A DNA stretch of 64,000 bases from Candidatus Eiseniibacteriota bacterium (GTDB lineage Bacteria; Eisenbacteria; RBG-16-71-46): the NCBI GenBank assembly GCA_963744995.1, contig CAVUWA010000001.1, positions 160,001 through 224,000 of the forward strand. The letters run 5' to 3'. How positions within the stretch are numbered: the first letter of the stretch is position 1; every line of letters begins with the position of its first letter. The notes below the pieces were generated by a model. The model did no database searches. It was given only the letters and a program-made list of their open reading frames with translations, and was not told the DNA's origin. The position numbers and the translations under genes were made by a program. Shown in pieces: positions 29,232-38,558 of this stretch.

Positions 29232-29825
29232 ATGCACGTGCGCCACCCGTCTCTGCCCCTCGGCCTCGCGGCCGGCCTCGTCGTCGCCCTTTCCGCCATG
29301 GCCACCGTGCCCGCCGGCGCCGCCGTCACCTACTTCACCAGCCCCCTCGACGGCGTCAGCGAATCGCCGCCCAACGCTTCGCCGGGCAGCGGCTTCGTCG
29401 AGGTGGACTTCGATCCCGCGGCGCATACGATGCGGGTCTACGTGAGCTTCGCCGACCTCATCGGCACGACGACCGCCAGCCACATTCACGGCCCCACGGC
29501 GGTCGCCGGGGCGGGAACGGCCGGCGTCGCGACCGTCACGCCGACCTTCACCGGCTTTCCCCTGGGCGTGACGTCCGGCACCTACGATCAGACCTACGAC
29601 CTGACGCTGGCGTCCAGCTACAACCCGTCGTTCATCACCGCCAACGGCGGAACGGCCGCCACCGCGGAGGCCGCGCTCTACCAGGCGCTGCTCGACGGCA
29701 AGGCGTATCTCAACGTCCACACGACGTTCGCCCCGGGCGGCGAGATCCGCGGTTTCCTCGCACAGTTCAACCCGACCCCCACGGCCGAGCAGACCTGGGG
29801 CCGGATCAAGTCGCTGTATCGGTGA
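29232..29825 (+). CDS. CHRD-domain secreted protein with a C-terminal WGxIKxxYR tail
   Basis: Signal peptide; ESPPNASPGSG, SHIHGP, AYLNVHT..PGGEIRG; ends PTPTAEQTWGRIKSLYR. Confidence 0.88.
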   Translation: MHVRHPSLPLGLAAGLVVALSAMATVPAGAAVTYFTSPLDGVSESPPNASPGSGFVEVDFDPAAHTMRVYVSFADLIGTTTASHIHGPTAVAGAGTAGVATVTPTFTGFPLGVTSGTYDQTYDLTLASSYNPSFITANGGTAATAEAALYQALLDGKAYLNVHTTFAPGGEIRGFLAQFNPTPTAEQTWGRIKSLYR

Positions 29826-29864
29826 GCTGACCCGCCCGGTCACCCGGGAGATCGGCAACCGCGA

Positions 29865-29900
29865 GACGGCCGCCTTCACCCGGGGGCGGCCGTCCGTTTT
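29865..29900 (+). terminator. Rho-independent terminator
   Basis: GACGGCCGCC/GGCGGCCGTC 10-bp stem followed by CGTTTT, between convergent genes. Confidence 0.6.
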
Positions 29901-29928
29901 CATCCTGCCGCCGCGTCCTGCACGCGCT

Positions 29929-30657
29929 CTACCCCGCGGCCGGCGCCGGACGCCGGATCGCTCCCCCCCGGATCAGCAGCCAGAGCGCCATCGAGAGTTC
30001 CGCGACGATCGCGGGCACGGCAACGATCGCGAGGAAGATGCCGGCGTAGCGCTCGTAGTCGGCCATGAGCACGCCGGCGAAGCTGTCGATCAGGTAGCCC
30101 GCCGCGGCCACGATCATCAGGGCCCCGAGCACCCTCGGCACGTAGCCGGATCGCCAGACCAGCACGCCGAGGAACGCGCAGTGCACGCCGAAGAACACCA
30201 GCGCGATGCGATAGCCGGCCCCGTGCGCGTCCAGACAGAGCCCGACCAGCGCGTGGGTCGGATCCGTGCCGAGGGTGCTCAGGGACTCGGCGCCGACGAC
30301 GAGCTGCAGCACGGCGAACAGCGTGAGCAGCGTCACGCCGTAGATCGTGGCATGCACCAGCCTGAACCAGGCCGCCAGCATGGAGAGGCCGTGGCTCACG
30401 GGGCGCAGCAGGACGTAGAGCGCGAGCGCCGCGATCACGTCGAACACCAGCATCAGCAGGTCGCTCGCGATGCTCACGCGGAACAGTTGCGACGAGGCCG
30501 CGATGTTCGCGGCGGTCGCCGCGGCGTCGCCCGGCACGATGAGCCGTGCGCGGATGAACATCTCGGCGAAGAGGCCGAGCGCGATGATGGCGAGGTATGC
30601 GGCCCCCGCGACTCGGGCAGCGCGCGGCAGGGACGCATCGGGGGTGGGGTCGGTCAT
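29929..30657 (-). CDS. DUF4386 membrane protein
   Basis: ARVAGAAYL, GDAAATAANI, LYVLLRPV, SGYVPRVLG, ELSMALWLLIRG. Confidence 0.85.
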   Translation of the reverse strand: MTDPTPDASLPRAARVAGAAYLAIIALGLFAEMFIRARLIVPGDAAATAANIAASSQLFRVSIASDLLMLVFDVIAALALYVLLRPVSHGLSMLAAWFRLVHATIYGVTLLTLFAVLQLVVGAESLSTLGTDPTHALVGLCLDAHGAGYRIALVFFGVHCAFLGVLVWRSGYVPRVLGALMIVAAAGYLIDSFAGVLMADYERYAGIFLAIVAVPAIVAELSMALWLLIRGGAIRRPAPAAG

Positions 30658-30822
30658 CCGCGATCCTCCGAGGATCGGGCGCGCGGCGAACCGTCCATCC
30701 GGAGGGCCTGCCGTTGCTCCGCGCCGACGGTGCGGCACGGCCAAGCTAGGCAGGACATGGCGAGGGGTCAAGGCGGCGCGGCGCCCGGCCGCAGGGGGCG
30801 AGCGGGCGCCGCCCGGCAGGGG

Positions 30823-32010
30823 TCACTCCGCGACGGGCGGCGCGCCCTGGGCTGCGGACTCCGCGCCGGCATCCGCCGCCGGCAGCGACGCGAAGAAGTC
30901 GCCGACCAGGTTCAGGTTTTCCTTCTCGCGCCCCCACGGCCCGCCGCCGTGCTGGCCCCACAGGGGGTCGGCGGTGACGACGACGACCATGTCGTACGGC
31001 TCGAGCAGCGCGATCACCTGCCCGCCGTGGCCCCACGCGAAGTGGAAGCGGTGCACCCCCGCGGTCGCGGACCACCACTGGTAGCCGTAGCCGATCCGGG
31101 TGAAGTGCTTCCCGATCGGATAGTGCCAGGCGTCGCTCGACACCGTGCGCAGCGAGCGTTCGACCCAGTCGGCCGGAACGAGCTGCCGTCCTTTCCAGGC
31201 GCCGTCGTTCAGGTACAGCAGCCCGAACTTCGCCATGTCGCGCGGGGTCAGATGCAGGTCGGCGTGGCCGTTGTAATAGCCGTCCCAGTCCCGGATCCAC
31301 TCGCCCATCTCGACACCCATGGGATCGAACAGCGCCGTGCGGGCCATGGTGCGCAGGTCGGTGCTGCAGGCCCGCGCCACGATCACGCCGACCAGGTGCG
31401 ACGAAAGGTTGCTGTAGTCGAAGTCGCTCCCCGGATCCCGCACCAGCGGGACGTCGACCAGGTACGAAGGCAGGAAGCCGTGGTAGAGCATCGCGAACAG
31501 CTCCTTCGAGCTCTCTTCCCACGGGTACCCCGCGCGCATCTCGAGCAGCTGCTCGATCGTGATCCGCTTCTTGCGCGGGTCCTGGATCCGGCCTGCGAGC
31601 TCGGGGAAGAAGTCCATCATCTTCTGACCCACACTCTCGAGGCAGCCCTTCTCGATGGCGATGCCGACCAGCGCCGAGGTGACGCTCTTGGTCGTGGACT
31701 GCATGCGCTGCTTCTCATCGATCGCGCCGTCGTGGAAGTAGCGCTCGGCGATCAGCCGGCCGTGCCGGACCACGAGCACCGAGCGCGTCGTCCGGGTCCG
31801 CGCGGCGCGGTAGTAGAGCGCGCCCACCCGCAGCGGATCCAGCTCCTCCGCCTCCGGCGTCGACACCGGCCAGTCGCGCCCGGGCGCCGGGGCGTACGCC
31901 ACCGCCTGGATCTCGGCCATCGAAGGCCGGCAACCGGCGATGCCGCCGGTCAGCAGGGCCACCGCCGCCGCCAGCGTGACGGTGCGGAAGAATCTCTCCG
32001 GTCGTCTCAT
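30823..32010 (-). CDS. Serine hydrolase, beta-lactamase family, lipoprotein
   Basis: IAGC lipobox; SxxK (STTK), YSN, LTPRDMAKFGLLYL, YGYQWW, GHGGQ. Confidence 0.88.
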   Translation of the reverse strand: MRRPERFFRTVTLAAAVALLTGGIAGCRPSMAEIQAVAYAPAPGRDWPVSTPEAEELDPLRVGALYYRAARTRTTRSVLVVRHGRLIAERYFHDGAIDEKQRMQSTTKSVTSALVGIAIEKGCLESVGQKMMDFFPELAGRIQDPRKKRITIEQLLEMRAGYPWEESSKELFAMLYHGFLPSYLVDVPLVRDPGSDFDYSNLSSHLVGVIVARACSTDLRTMARTALFDPMGVEMGEWIRDWDGYYNGHADLHLTPRDMAKFGLLYLNDGAWKGRQLVPADWVERSLRTVSSDAWHYPIGKHFTRIGYGYQWWSATAGVHRFHFAWGHGGQVIALLEPYDMVVVVTADPLWGQHGGGPWGREKENLNLVGDFFASLPAADAGAESAAQGAPPVAE

Positions 32011-32083
32011 GCGGTGCTCTCCTTTCCTGCGGACGGTCGACCGGCCGATCGGTTCGCGCAGCAACGCGATCCCGGAGTCGGGA

Positions 32084-33418
32084 CTAACGCCGCAACGGGT
32101 GGGTCTCGCGCGCCATGGCGCCCGTCTCCAGCACCTCCTCGATCTTGAACACGCCGAGCTTGCGGTTCTTGATGAATCCGCTCATGGCCTTTTCGGCCAG
32201 CACGCCCTGCTTGAGCATGTCCGTTAGCCACTCATCGGCGAGCGTGGGGGTGTACTGCGGCAGCGCACCGCCCTTGTCCATGAGCCAGCGCTGGTTCTTG
32301 TTCTCCTGCGATCCGATCGGCGGCGCCATCACGATCGGAATGCCGAGCGCCGAGTAGAACGACAGCTCGCTCGGTTTGGTCCACAGGACGTCGGTCTCGC
32401 GCATCAGGGCGTTGAAGCGGTCGAAGTAGGCCGCCTTGTCGTCCTCGCGCACGATCAGCACGCCTTCGCCGAGCGCCGTTTCGAGCCCGGCTCGGAACAC
32501 GGTCTCCTGGAACAGCTTCTCGACGACTCGATTCACGCCGGCCACCAGAATCAGCCGGAAGCGCCGCTCGAGGACGGCGCTCTTCAAGCCCTCGATCAGC
32601 ATCATCCCGATCTCGACCTGCGCGCCGGCGCCGCCGACGGCGAACGTCACGGTCACGCGCTCGCGCCAGCCCGAGGGCTCGGGCCGCGCCCCGAGCAGCT
32701 CGTTCACCAGCGAGCCGTAGACGCTCGTGAAGCGTGCGGCCGGATCCAGGCGTCCGAGCCGGGCCAGCATGTCCGCCTTGAGCACCTCCATTCCCGGCCC
32801 GCCGAGGTTCGCGCGCGGCAGCGTGAAGCCGGTGATGAAGATCCGCTCGTCGGGAACGCCGTACTGCCGGAGCCGCCGCATCGCCCGCCCGCACGGCGCG
32901 AAGTAGCAGACGCGACTCTCCTTCGCCTTCGACGCCACCCAGACGCGGTTGAGATCGGCGTCGGTGATGACCGCGTAGTTGCGCTCGACGCGCGCATGGT
33001 CGGCGATCAGCGCGGGCGCGTAGAACGTGGAGATCAGCGGCAGTTCGCGCGAGCGTAGCCGTTCGACCAGGGTGCGGCCGAGCCCGCTGCGGATCAGGTG
33101 ATCGACGATGTGGTTGTTGGGCGACGGGTGCGAGAGATCGCGCAGCGGATAGAGCGGCGGGATGTGCAGCAGCCGATCGAGCGCGCCGAACATGGCGCCG
33201 CCCAGGACGGGAACGCCCTTGACGCGCGACAGCACCTCGTACGACCAGGTGAACCGCTGCCAGACCTTCGCTTCCTCCGGGTCGGTGGTGTCCGGGCTCC
33301 CGGCGATGAGAACGCTGCCCTCGGCCAGGTGCGCGAGCGCGTGCGCGGCGCGTTGATGACCGAAGCCCATGTCGGCCGTCACCACCCAGGCCCGCAATCG
33401 ATCGAGTGTCGCGGTCAT
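32084..33418 (-). CDS. GT-B fold glycosyltransferase-like protein (MGDG-synthase/MurG-like)
   Basis: DMGFGHQRAA, ITDADLNRVW, GGAGAQ, DVLWTKPSELSFY, PIGSQE. Confidence 0.65.
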   Translation of the reverse strand: MTATLDRLRAWVVTADMGFGHQRAAHALAHLAEGSVLIAGSPDTTDPEEAKVWQRFTWSYEVLSRVKGVPVLGGAMFGALDRLLHIPPLYPLRDLSHPSPNNHIVDHLIRSGLGRTLVERLRSRELPLISTFYAPALIADHARVERNYAVITDADLNRVWVASKAKESRVCYFAPCGRAMRRLRQYGVPDERIFITGFTLPRANLGGPGMEVLKADMLARLGRLDPAARFTSVYGSLVNELLGARPEPSGWRERVTVTFAVGGAGAQVEIGMMLIEGLKSAVLERRFRLILVAGVNRVVEKLFQETVFRAGLETALGEGVLIVREDDKAAYFDRFNALMRETDVLWTKPSELSFYSALGIPIVMAPPIGSQENKNQRWLMDKGGALPQYTPTLADEWLTDMLKQGVLAEKAMSGFIKNRKLGVFKIEEVLETGAMARETHPLRR

Positions 33419-33529
33419 GGTGCGGTCTCCGCTCCCCTTCCGTGGCGTGGCGCGGCAGAGCGCCGCAGCTTCGGTGCGTTGATCCTGCGTCCGCCGGAGC
33501 GCCCGTCGCAAGCCCCGGCGGCGGACGTC

Positions 33530-35851
33530 CTACCGGGCTCCCGCGGGCGCCGGCTGCGCGGGCGCCGGCGCCGCGGCCGTGCGGGCGCCGGCCACGCTCC
33601 GCTCGCGCGCCCCGGCCCGGCGTTTCATCTCCGCCGCGTACACGTTCATCATCCGCAGCGCGCGATCCGCCGTGCGGAACGCCGGGATGCCGCCGTCCTC
33701 GATGCGCCCGGCCATGGCGTCGTAGAGGCGGCCGCCGTCCACCACCACGACCCACGGCTTCGGCGTGAGATCACGGAGGCGCACCAGCCGGTTCGCCAGC
33801 GAGTCGGCGTGCGCGACGTCGTCGGCGTGCCCCGCTCCCGCCGCGAGCGTATTCAACGCACCGGTGAGCGGCACGCAGCCGATCAGCCCCGCACCGACGC
33901 CGGGATCGAGCAGCACGGCGCGTACGACGTCTTCATAGTCGGCGTCGTTCATGATCGGCGTCAGGTCGATCGGATTGCGCGGGGTCACGATCTCGCCGAG
34001 CCGCGCGCGCTCGAGCACATGGCCGATCGCCTCGAGCGTCGCCGGCGCGAACGGCGCGAGCCGGAAGGCCCCGAGGTGGTCGGCGATCGCCACGCATTCG
34101 AACCCTGCGTTGGTGACCGCACCGAGGGTGGAATCCGCGACCTCGCGATCGCCGAGGCGCACGAGAAGACGCACGACGTCCTCGAAGTCTTCGAGCGTCC
34201 CGGCCAGCACGACGCCGGCTTCGCGCGCGAGCTGGCGCAGGGTTTCGTAGTCGCCGGCCACCGCCGCCGTGTGACTGGCGGCGGCCGAGGCGCCCGCGCC
34301 CGTGCGTCCGCCGGCATAGAGCACCACGGTGCGACCCGATCCGGTGATGCGCGCCGCGGCCCGCATGAAGCGCCGTCCGTCGAGCATGCGGAACCCCTCC
34401 GCGTACACCGCGAAGACGTCGACCTCGGGATCATCCGCCAGGTATTCGAGGTCGTCGCCGAGCGTCAGGTCCATCTGATTGCCGGCCGAGATCACGTAGC
34501 GCGGCTGGACGCCGCCGAGCTTGCTGATCTTCGATACCGTGAACGCGCCGCTGCCCGAGATCAGCGCGACCGGATCCGCCGCGCCGGCCGGCATCGGCAG
34601 CTTCGCTGAGGGGATGAACAGCGTGTTGTAACGGCCCGGCACGGAGCGCACCCCGAGACAGTTGCCGCCGTTCACCACGGGCCCGCCCCACGGCGTGGCG
34701 CGCGCGCGTGCGAGCGCCGCGCGCACCCGCGCCGCCAGCGGGCGTCCCGCGGCGGTTTCATCGAGACCGCCCGGGATCAGGATCACGCTCTCGGCGCGCT
34801 GGCCCGCGATCACCGATTCGATGGCCTCCGGCACCTGCGCGGCCGCGATGCTGAGGATCAGCAGATCCACGCGGCCCTCGAGCGCCTCGAGCGACGGCAC
34901 GCAGCGGCAGCCGTCGAGCGCCTCGCGCCCGGGTTTGATCACCGTGATGTGCGCCGCGGGCGTGCCGTCCGCGAGCAGATTGCGCAGGATGATGTGCCCC
35001 GGATTCATCTTCTCGGAGACGCCCATCACGGCGACCGAACGCGGCCGGAGCAGCGCCCCGAGTTTTGCGATCGGCCGTGGCGGCGCGGGCCGCGGCGGCT
35101 CGCGGGTGAAACGCAGCAGCGCGTCGAGCGCAACGAAGTGGCCGCCCGAGAAGGCGAGCGGGTTCACCTCGAACTCGGCGACCGGATCCGGCACGAAGGC
35201 GGCTGCGAAGTCGAGGAAGCGGCGTACCAGGTCCGACAGTTCGGCGAGCGGCACGAGTGGCGCCCCCCCGCGGCGGGCCGCGGTGAGCTCGCGCACCGCC
35301 GCCACCCGCTCGAGCGCGCGGGGAACGCTCGCCGCATCGGCCAGCGCCGGCGACAGAATCGCGAGCGCCTCGTCCGGCCGCAGCGCCGAAGCGATCGCCT
35401 CGGCCCCGACGCCGCCTGCCCCCACGGTGACCACCGGACCGAAGTCGTCGGTCCAGCGCATGCCGATGAGCAGCTCGTGCCCGAAGCGGGCCTCGTGGGG
35501 CACGAATGCCTGCAGGACGAAGCCGTCCACGCGCGTCCCGGCGAATCGCCGCTCCATGGCGGCCACCGCCTCGCGGATCGCTTCGCTCTCGTTCGCCACG
35601 ACACGCACACCCTGCACGTCGGTCTTGTGCGCGATCTCGGGCGAGAGCACCTTGACCATCACGCGATCGCCGGGAACGACGGGGTGCGGCAGCGTGCGCA
35701 CCTCCCTGGCCCCGTGCACCACCACCCAGCGCGGCACGGCGATCCCCATCGCCCCGAGCAGGGCCAGCCCTTCCGTCTCGAGAAGACCCGGGTCGCCGCG
35801 CGCGCGGCCGGACGCCAGAATCCGGGCGATGGCCGCGCGGTCCGGATTCAC
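33530..35851 (-). CDS. ADP-forming acyl-CoA synthetase (acetate-CoA ligase family), ATP-grasp domain N-terminal
   Basis: IAHKTDVQGV, DFGPVV, EFEVNPL, then LLRPRSVAVMG, GGNCLG, ASHT phospho-His, NAGF, NPIDLT. Confidence 0.85.
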   Translation of the reverse strand: MNPDRAAIARILASGRARGDPGLLETEGLALLGAMGIAVPRWVVVHGAREVRTLPHPVVPGDRVMVKVLSPEIAHKTDVQGVRVVANESEAIREAVAAMERRFAGTRVDGFVLQAFVPHEARFGHELLIGMRWTDDFGPVVTVGAGGVGAEAIASALRPDEALAILSPALADAASVPRALERVAAVRELTAARRGGAPLVPLAELSDLVRRFLDFAAAFVPDPVAEFEVNPLAFSGGHFVALDALLRFTREPPRPAPPRPIAKLGALLRPRSVAVMGVSEKMNPGHIILRNLLADGTPAAHITVIKPGREALDGCRCVPSLEALEGRVDLLILSIAAAQVPEAIESVIAGQRAESVILIPGGLDETAAGRPLAARVRAALARARATPWGGPVVNGGNCLGVRSVPGRYNTLFIPSAKLPMPAGAADPVALISGSGAFTVSKISKLGGVQPRYVISAGNQMDLTLGDDLEYLADDPEVDVFAVYAEGFRMLDGRRFMRAAARITGSGRTVVLYAGGRTGAGASAAASHTAAVAGDYETLRQLAREAGVVLAGTLEDFEDVVRLLVRLGDREVADSTLGAVTNAGFECVAIADHLGAFRLAPFAPATLEAIGHVLERARLGEIVTPRNPIDLTPIMNDADYEDVVRAVLLDPGVGAGLIGCVPLTGALNTLAAGAGHADDVAHADSLANRLVRLRDLTPKPWVVVVDGGRLYDAMAGRIEDGGIPAFRTADRALRMMNVYAAEMKRRAGARERSVAGARTAAAPAPAQPAPAGAR

Positions 35852-36423
35852 GCCGCGGCCTCACGGCCGGCCCGGAACGCATCGCGGTTGACCGCGATCA
35901 CCCGCGGCCCCTTCGAACGGAACGTGGCCTCGAGCGCCGCCTCCAGCGCATGGACGTCGAGCGGCAGCACGCGTGAAGCCGCACCCACCATGACCGAATT
36001 CGACGCCTGCACGTCACCGGCCTGCCGCGCGAGTCCCTCGGCGTCGATCAGCCACGAGCGCGGTGTCGCCGCGCGCACCCGCTTCACGACGTCTTCCTCG
36101 TCGGGGTACTCGGGAATGTTGACGAACGCGTTGGAGCTGGTGACCAGGATGCCCCTGGGCGACAGGTAGTCGAGGCAGCGCAGCGCCTCGACCGGCTCGA
36201 GGCTCAGGATCAGGTCCGCGGAGCCGCGCGGAATGAGATCGCTGGCGATGGCCCCCTCGGTGAGCCTGAGGTGCGCCGAGACCGCGCCCCCGCGCTGCGC
36301 CATGCCGTGCACTTCCGACTGCTTGGCGGCGAACCCCAGGGCGGTCGCCGCGCGGCCGATCACCGCCGCCATCGACAGCACCCCCTGCCCGCCCACGCCC
36401 GCGAAAACGATGTCGTACTTCAT
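35848..36423 (-). CDS. iorB: Indolepyruvate:ferredoxin oxidoreductase beta subunit
   Basis: MKYDIVFAGVGGQG, SEVHGMAQRGGAV, LEPVEALR. Confidence 0.92.
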   Translation of the reverse strand: MKYDIVFAGVGGQGVLSMAAVIGRAATALGFAAKQSEVHGMAQRGGAVSAHLRLTEGAIASDLIPRGSADLILSLEPVEALRCLDYLSPRGILVTSSNAFVNIPEYPDEEDVVKRVRAATPRSWLIDAEGLARQAGDVQASNSVMVGAASRVLPLDVHALEAALEATFRSKGPRVIAVNRDAFRAGREAAA

Positions 36424-38036
36424 GACGCAACCCCCGCCGCCGCGGCGCGTGCTTTGGCCCGCGCGACCTTGAGACAGTCCCGCACGGCAACGATCACCGA
36501 GATGCCCTTGTGGTCGATCTCCTCGCGCAGCAGCGCGGCATTGTCGTGAATGCGGCTGCGCGCCGCCTCGACGACGTGGAAGTGCTCGCGCGGCACGCCG
36601 ACCCCGAGCACGATGCTCTGCAACCGGGCCGACGGCACGATGGTGTCCTGGGCGCCGGTCATGCCGACGGTGCCGTTGTCCATGATGAGCACGGTCATGT
36701 TCGCGTCGGCGGCCACCGCATCCATGAGCGCCGTGATGCCGGAGTGCAGGAACGTGCTGTCGCCGATCACCGCGACCACCGGGTGCACGCCGGCCTCCGC
36801 GGCGCCCTTGGCCATGCCGATCGAGGCGCCCATGCAGACGCACGACTCGATCGCCGAATAGGGCGGCAGCGCACCGAGCGTGTAGCACCCGATGTCCGCC
36901 GTCACCATGTGGCCGTCGAGCCCGCCGAACACCTCCTTGAGCGCGAGGTAGGACTGCGCGTGCGGGCAGCCCTTGCAGAGTTGCGGCGGCCGCAGCGGCA
37001 GCGTGAAGCCGTCCAGCCCGAGCCGCTCGCGCGGCGGCAGCCCGAGCGCCGCACGCACGATGTCCGGGTCGAGTTCGCCGTCGGGCGGCAGCGCGCCCGA
37101 CAGGCGGCCGTGCACTTCGATCGGCGTTTCGAACACCCCGACGAGCTGCCGCTCGACGAACGGATAACCGTCCTCGATCACCAGGATGCGCTCGACGTGC
37201 GCGGCCAGCCTGCGGATCGCGGAGACCGGTAGCGGATAGGCGCCGATGTGCAGGTGCGACGGCGCCTCGTCGAGCCCGGGCAGGTTCTCGAAGTAGTACG
37301 CCCGCGCGAGCCCCGTGGTGATCACGCCCAGGTCGCGGCGCTTGGGGTTCAGGGTGAGCGTGTTCCAGCGGCTGGTTTCGCTCCAGTCGAGCATCGCCTT
37401 CTGCCGCTCGATGAGCCCGCGCCACTGTTTGCGCGCGTTGCCGGGCAGCAGGACCCACGAGGCGCGTCTCGGCGCGCGGGTGATCGGGTTCTCGTCGCGC
37501 GCGGCGCCGACCTTCACCGCCGTGCGGCTGTGCGCGAGCCGCGTCACCAGGCGCATCACCACCGGCACGCGGAAGCGTTCCGAGAGATCAAAGGCCTCGA
37601 CGGTCATATCGTAGGCCTCCTGCTGGCTCCCCGGCTCCAGACAGATCACCCGCGCGAAGTCGGCGTACCAGCGGCTGTCCTGTTCGTTCTGCGAGCTGTG
37701 CATGCCCGGGTCGTCGGCCACGGCGAGCACGAGGCCGCCGTGCACCTCGACGAGGGCGGAGTTCACGAAGGGGTCGGCGGCGACATTGACGCCGACGTGC
37801 TTCATCGCGACGAGCGCGCGGCGCCCGGCGAACGCCGTGCCCAGCGCTTCTTCATAGGCGGTCTTTTCGTTGGCGCACCAGGCGGCGTGCGGCGTGCCGT
37901 GTTTCTCCCGGTGGTTCAGCAGATACTCGAGAATCTCCGTCGAGGGCGTCCCGGGATAGCCGTAGGCAGCGGTGATCCCCGCATGCACGGCGCCGAGCGC
38001 CACGGATTCGTCACCCAGCAGGATGGTCTGTCTCAT
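36420..38036 (-). CDS. iorA: Indolepyruvate:ferredoxin oxidoreductase alpha subunit
   Basis: YPGTPSTEI, NEKTA, MKHVGVNVAADP, DDPGMHSSQNEQD, LCKGCPH, DIGCYTL, IGDSTFLHSG; GGAGG RBS. Confidence 0.93.
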   Translation of the reverse strand: MRQTILLGDESVALGAVHAGITAAYGYPGTPSTEILEYLLNHREKHGTPHAAWCANEKTAYEEALGTAFAGRRALVAMKHVGVNVAADPFVNSALVEVHGGLVLAVADDPGMHSSQNEQDSRWYADFARVICLEPGSQQEAYDMTVEAFDLSERFRVPVVMRLVTRLAHSRTAVKVGAARDENPITRAPRRASWVLLPGNARKQWRGLIERQKAMLDWSETSRWNTLTLNPKRRDLGVITTGLARAYYFENLPGLDEAPSHLHIGAYPLPVSAIRRLAAHVERILVIEDGYPFVERQLVGVFETPIEVHGRLSGALPPDGELDPDIVRAALGLPPRERLGLDGFTLPLRPPQLCKGCPHAQSYLALKEVFGGLDGHMVTADIGCYTLGALPPYSAIESCVCMGASIGMAKGAAEAGVHPVVAVIGDSTFLHSGITALMDAVAADANMTVLIMDNGTVGMTGAQDTIVPSARLQSIVLGVGVPREHFHVVEAARSRIHDNAALLREEIDHKGISVIVAVRDCLKVARAKARAAAAGVAS

Positions 38037-38059
38037 AACACCTCCGCCGATGCATGGAC

Positions 38060-38075
38060 TGCATCGCGCGTGCCA
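38060..38075 (-). promoter_or_regulatory. sigma54 (-24/-12) promoter of the iorAB-acd operon
   Basis: Minus strand TGGCACGCGCGATGCA = TGGCAC-N5-xTGCA with exact GG-N10-GC spacing, ~24 nt upstream of the iorA ATG. Confidence 0.65.
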
Positions 38076-38558
38076 GCGACGAGGTGTGGCCCGATCGGGC
38101 AAGAGATTGAGCCGAAAGCGATTGGACGCGCGACGCCGGAGCCGCGAGCCGCGCCGCATGACACGGAAGGCGCGCGGATGCATTCCTGTCATCCGGCGCC
38201 GCCGGACGCGCAGGCCCCCGTTCTTCCCACGAGGCCGTCGGCCGCGCGAATGCAGGGGATCAGCGCCCCCTCGATCTCGTGCACCTCGACGAGACCCTGT
38301 GCAGACCCCCTCCCCGGTGATGGGCCGCTTCGTCATGCCGAGCGATCCGCGGCCGTCCGTCGCCACGGCGCACTTCGACGTCACCGTGTCCCGGGACCGA
38401 CGAGGTGCCGCCCCGTGGACCTCGACCTTGTCGGTCGACCATGCGCCGGCGACCGCGACGCACCGCTCCGGACGCCACGGGTGGACGCACGCCGCGGAAT
38501 CCGTATGCTGCCGGAAACCGTCGGCGCGCCGCGCCGACCCACCCGCCGGGAGGCTGCC

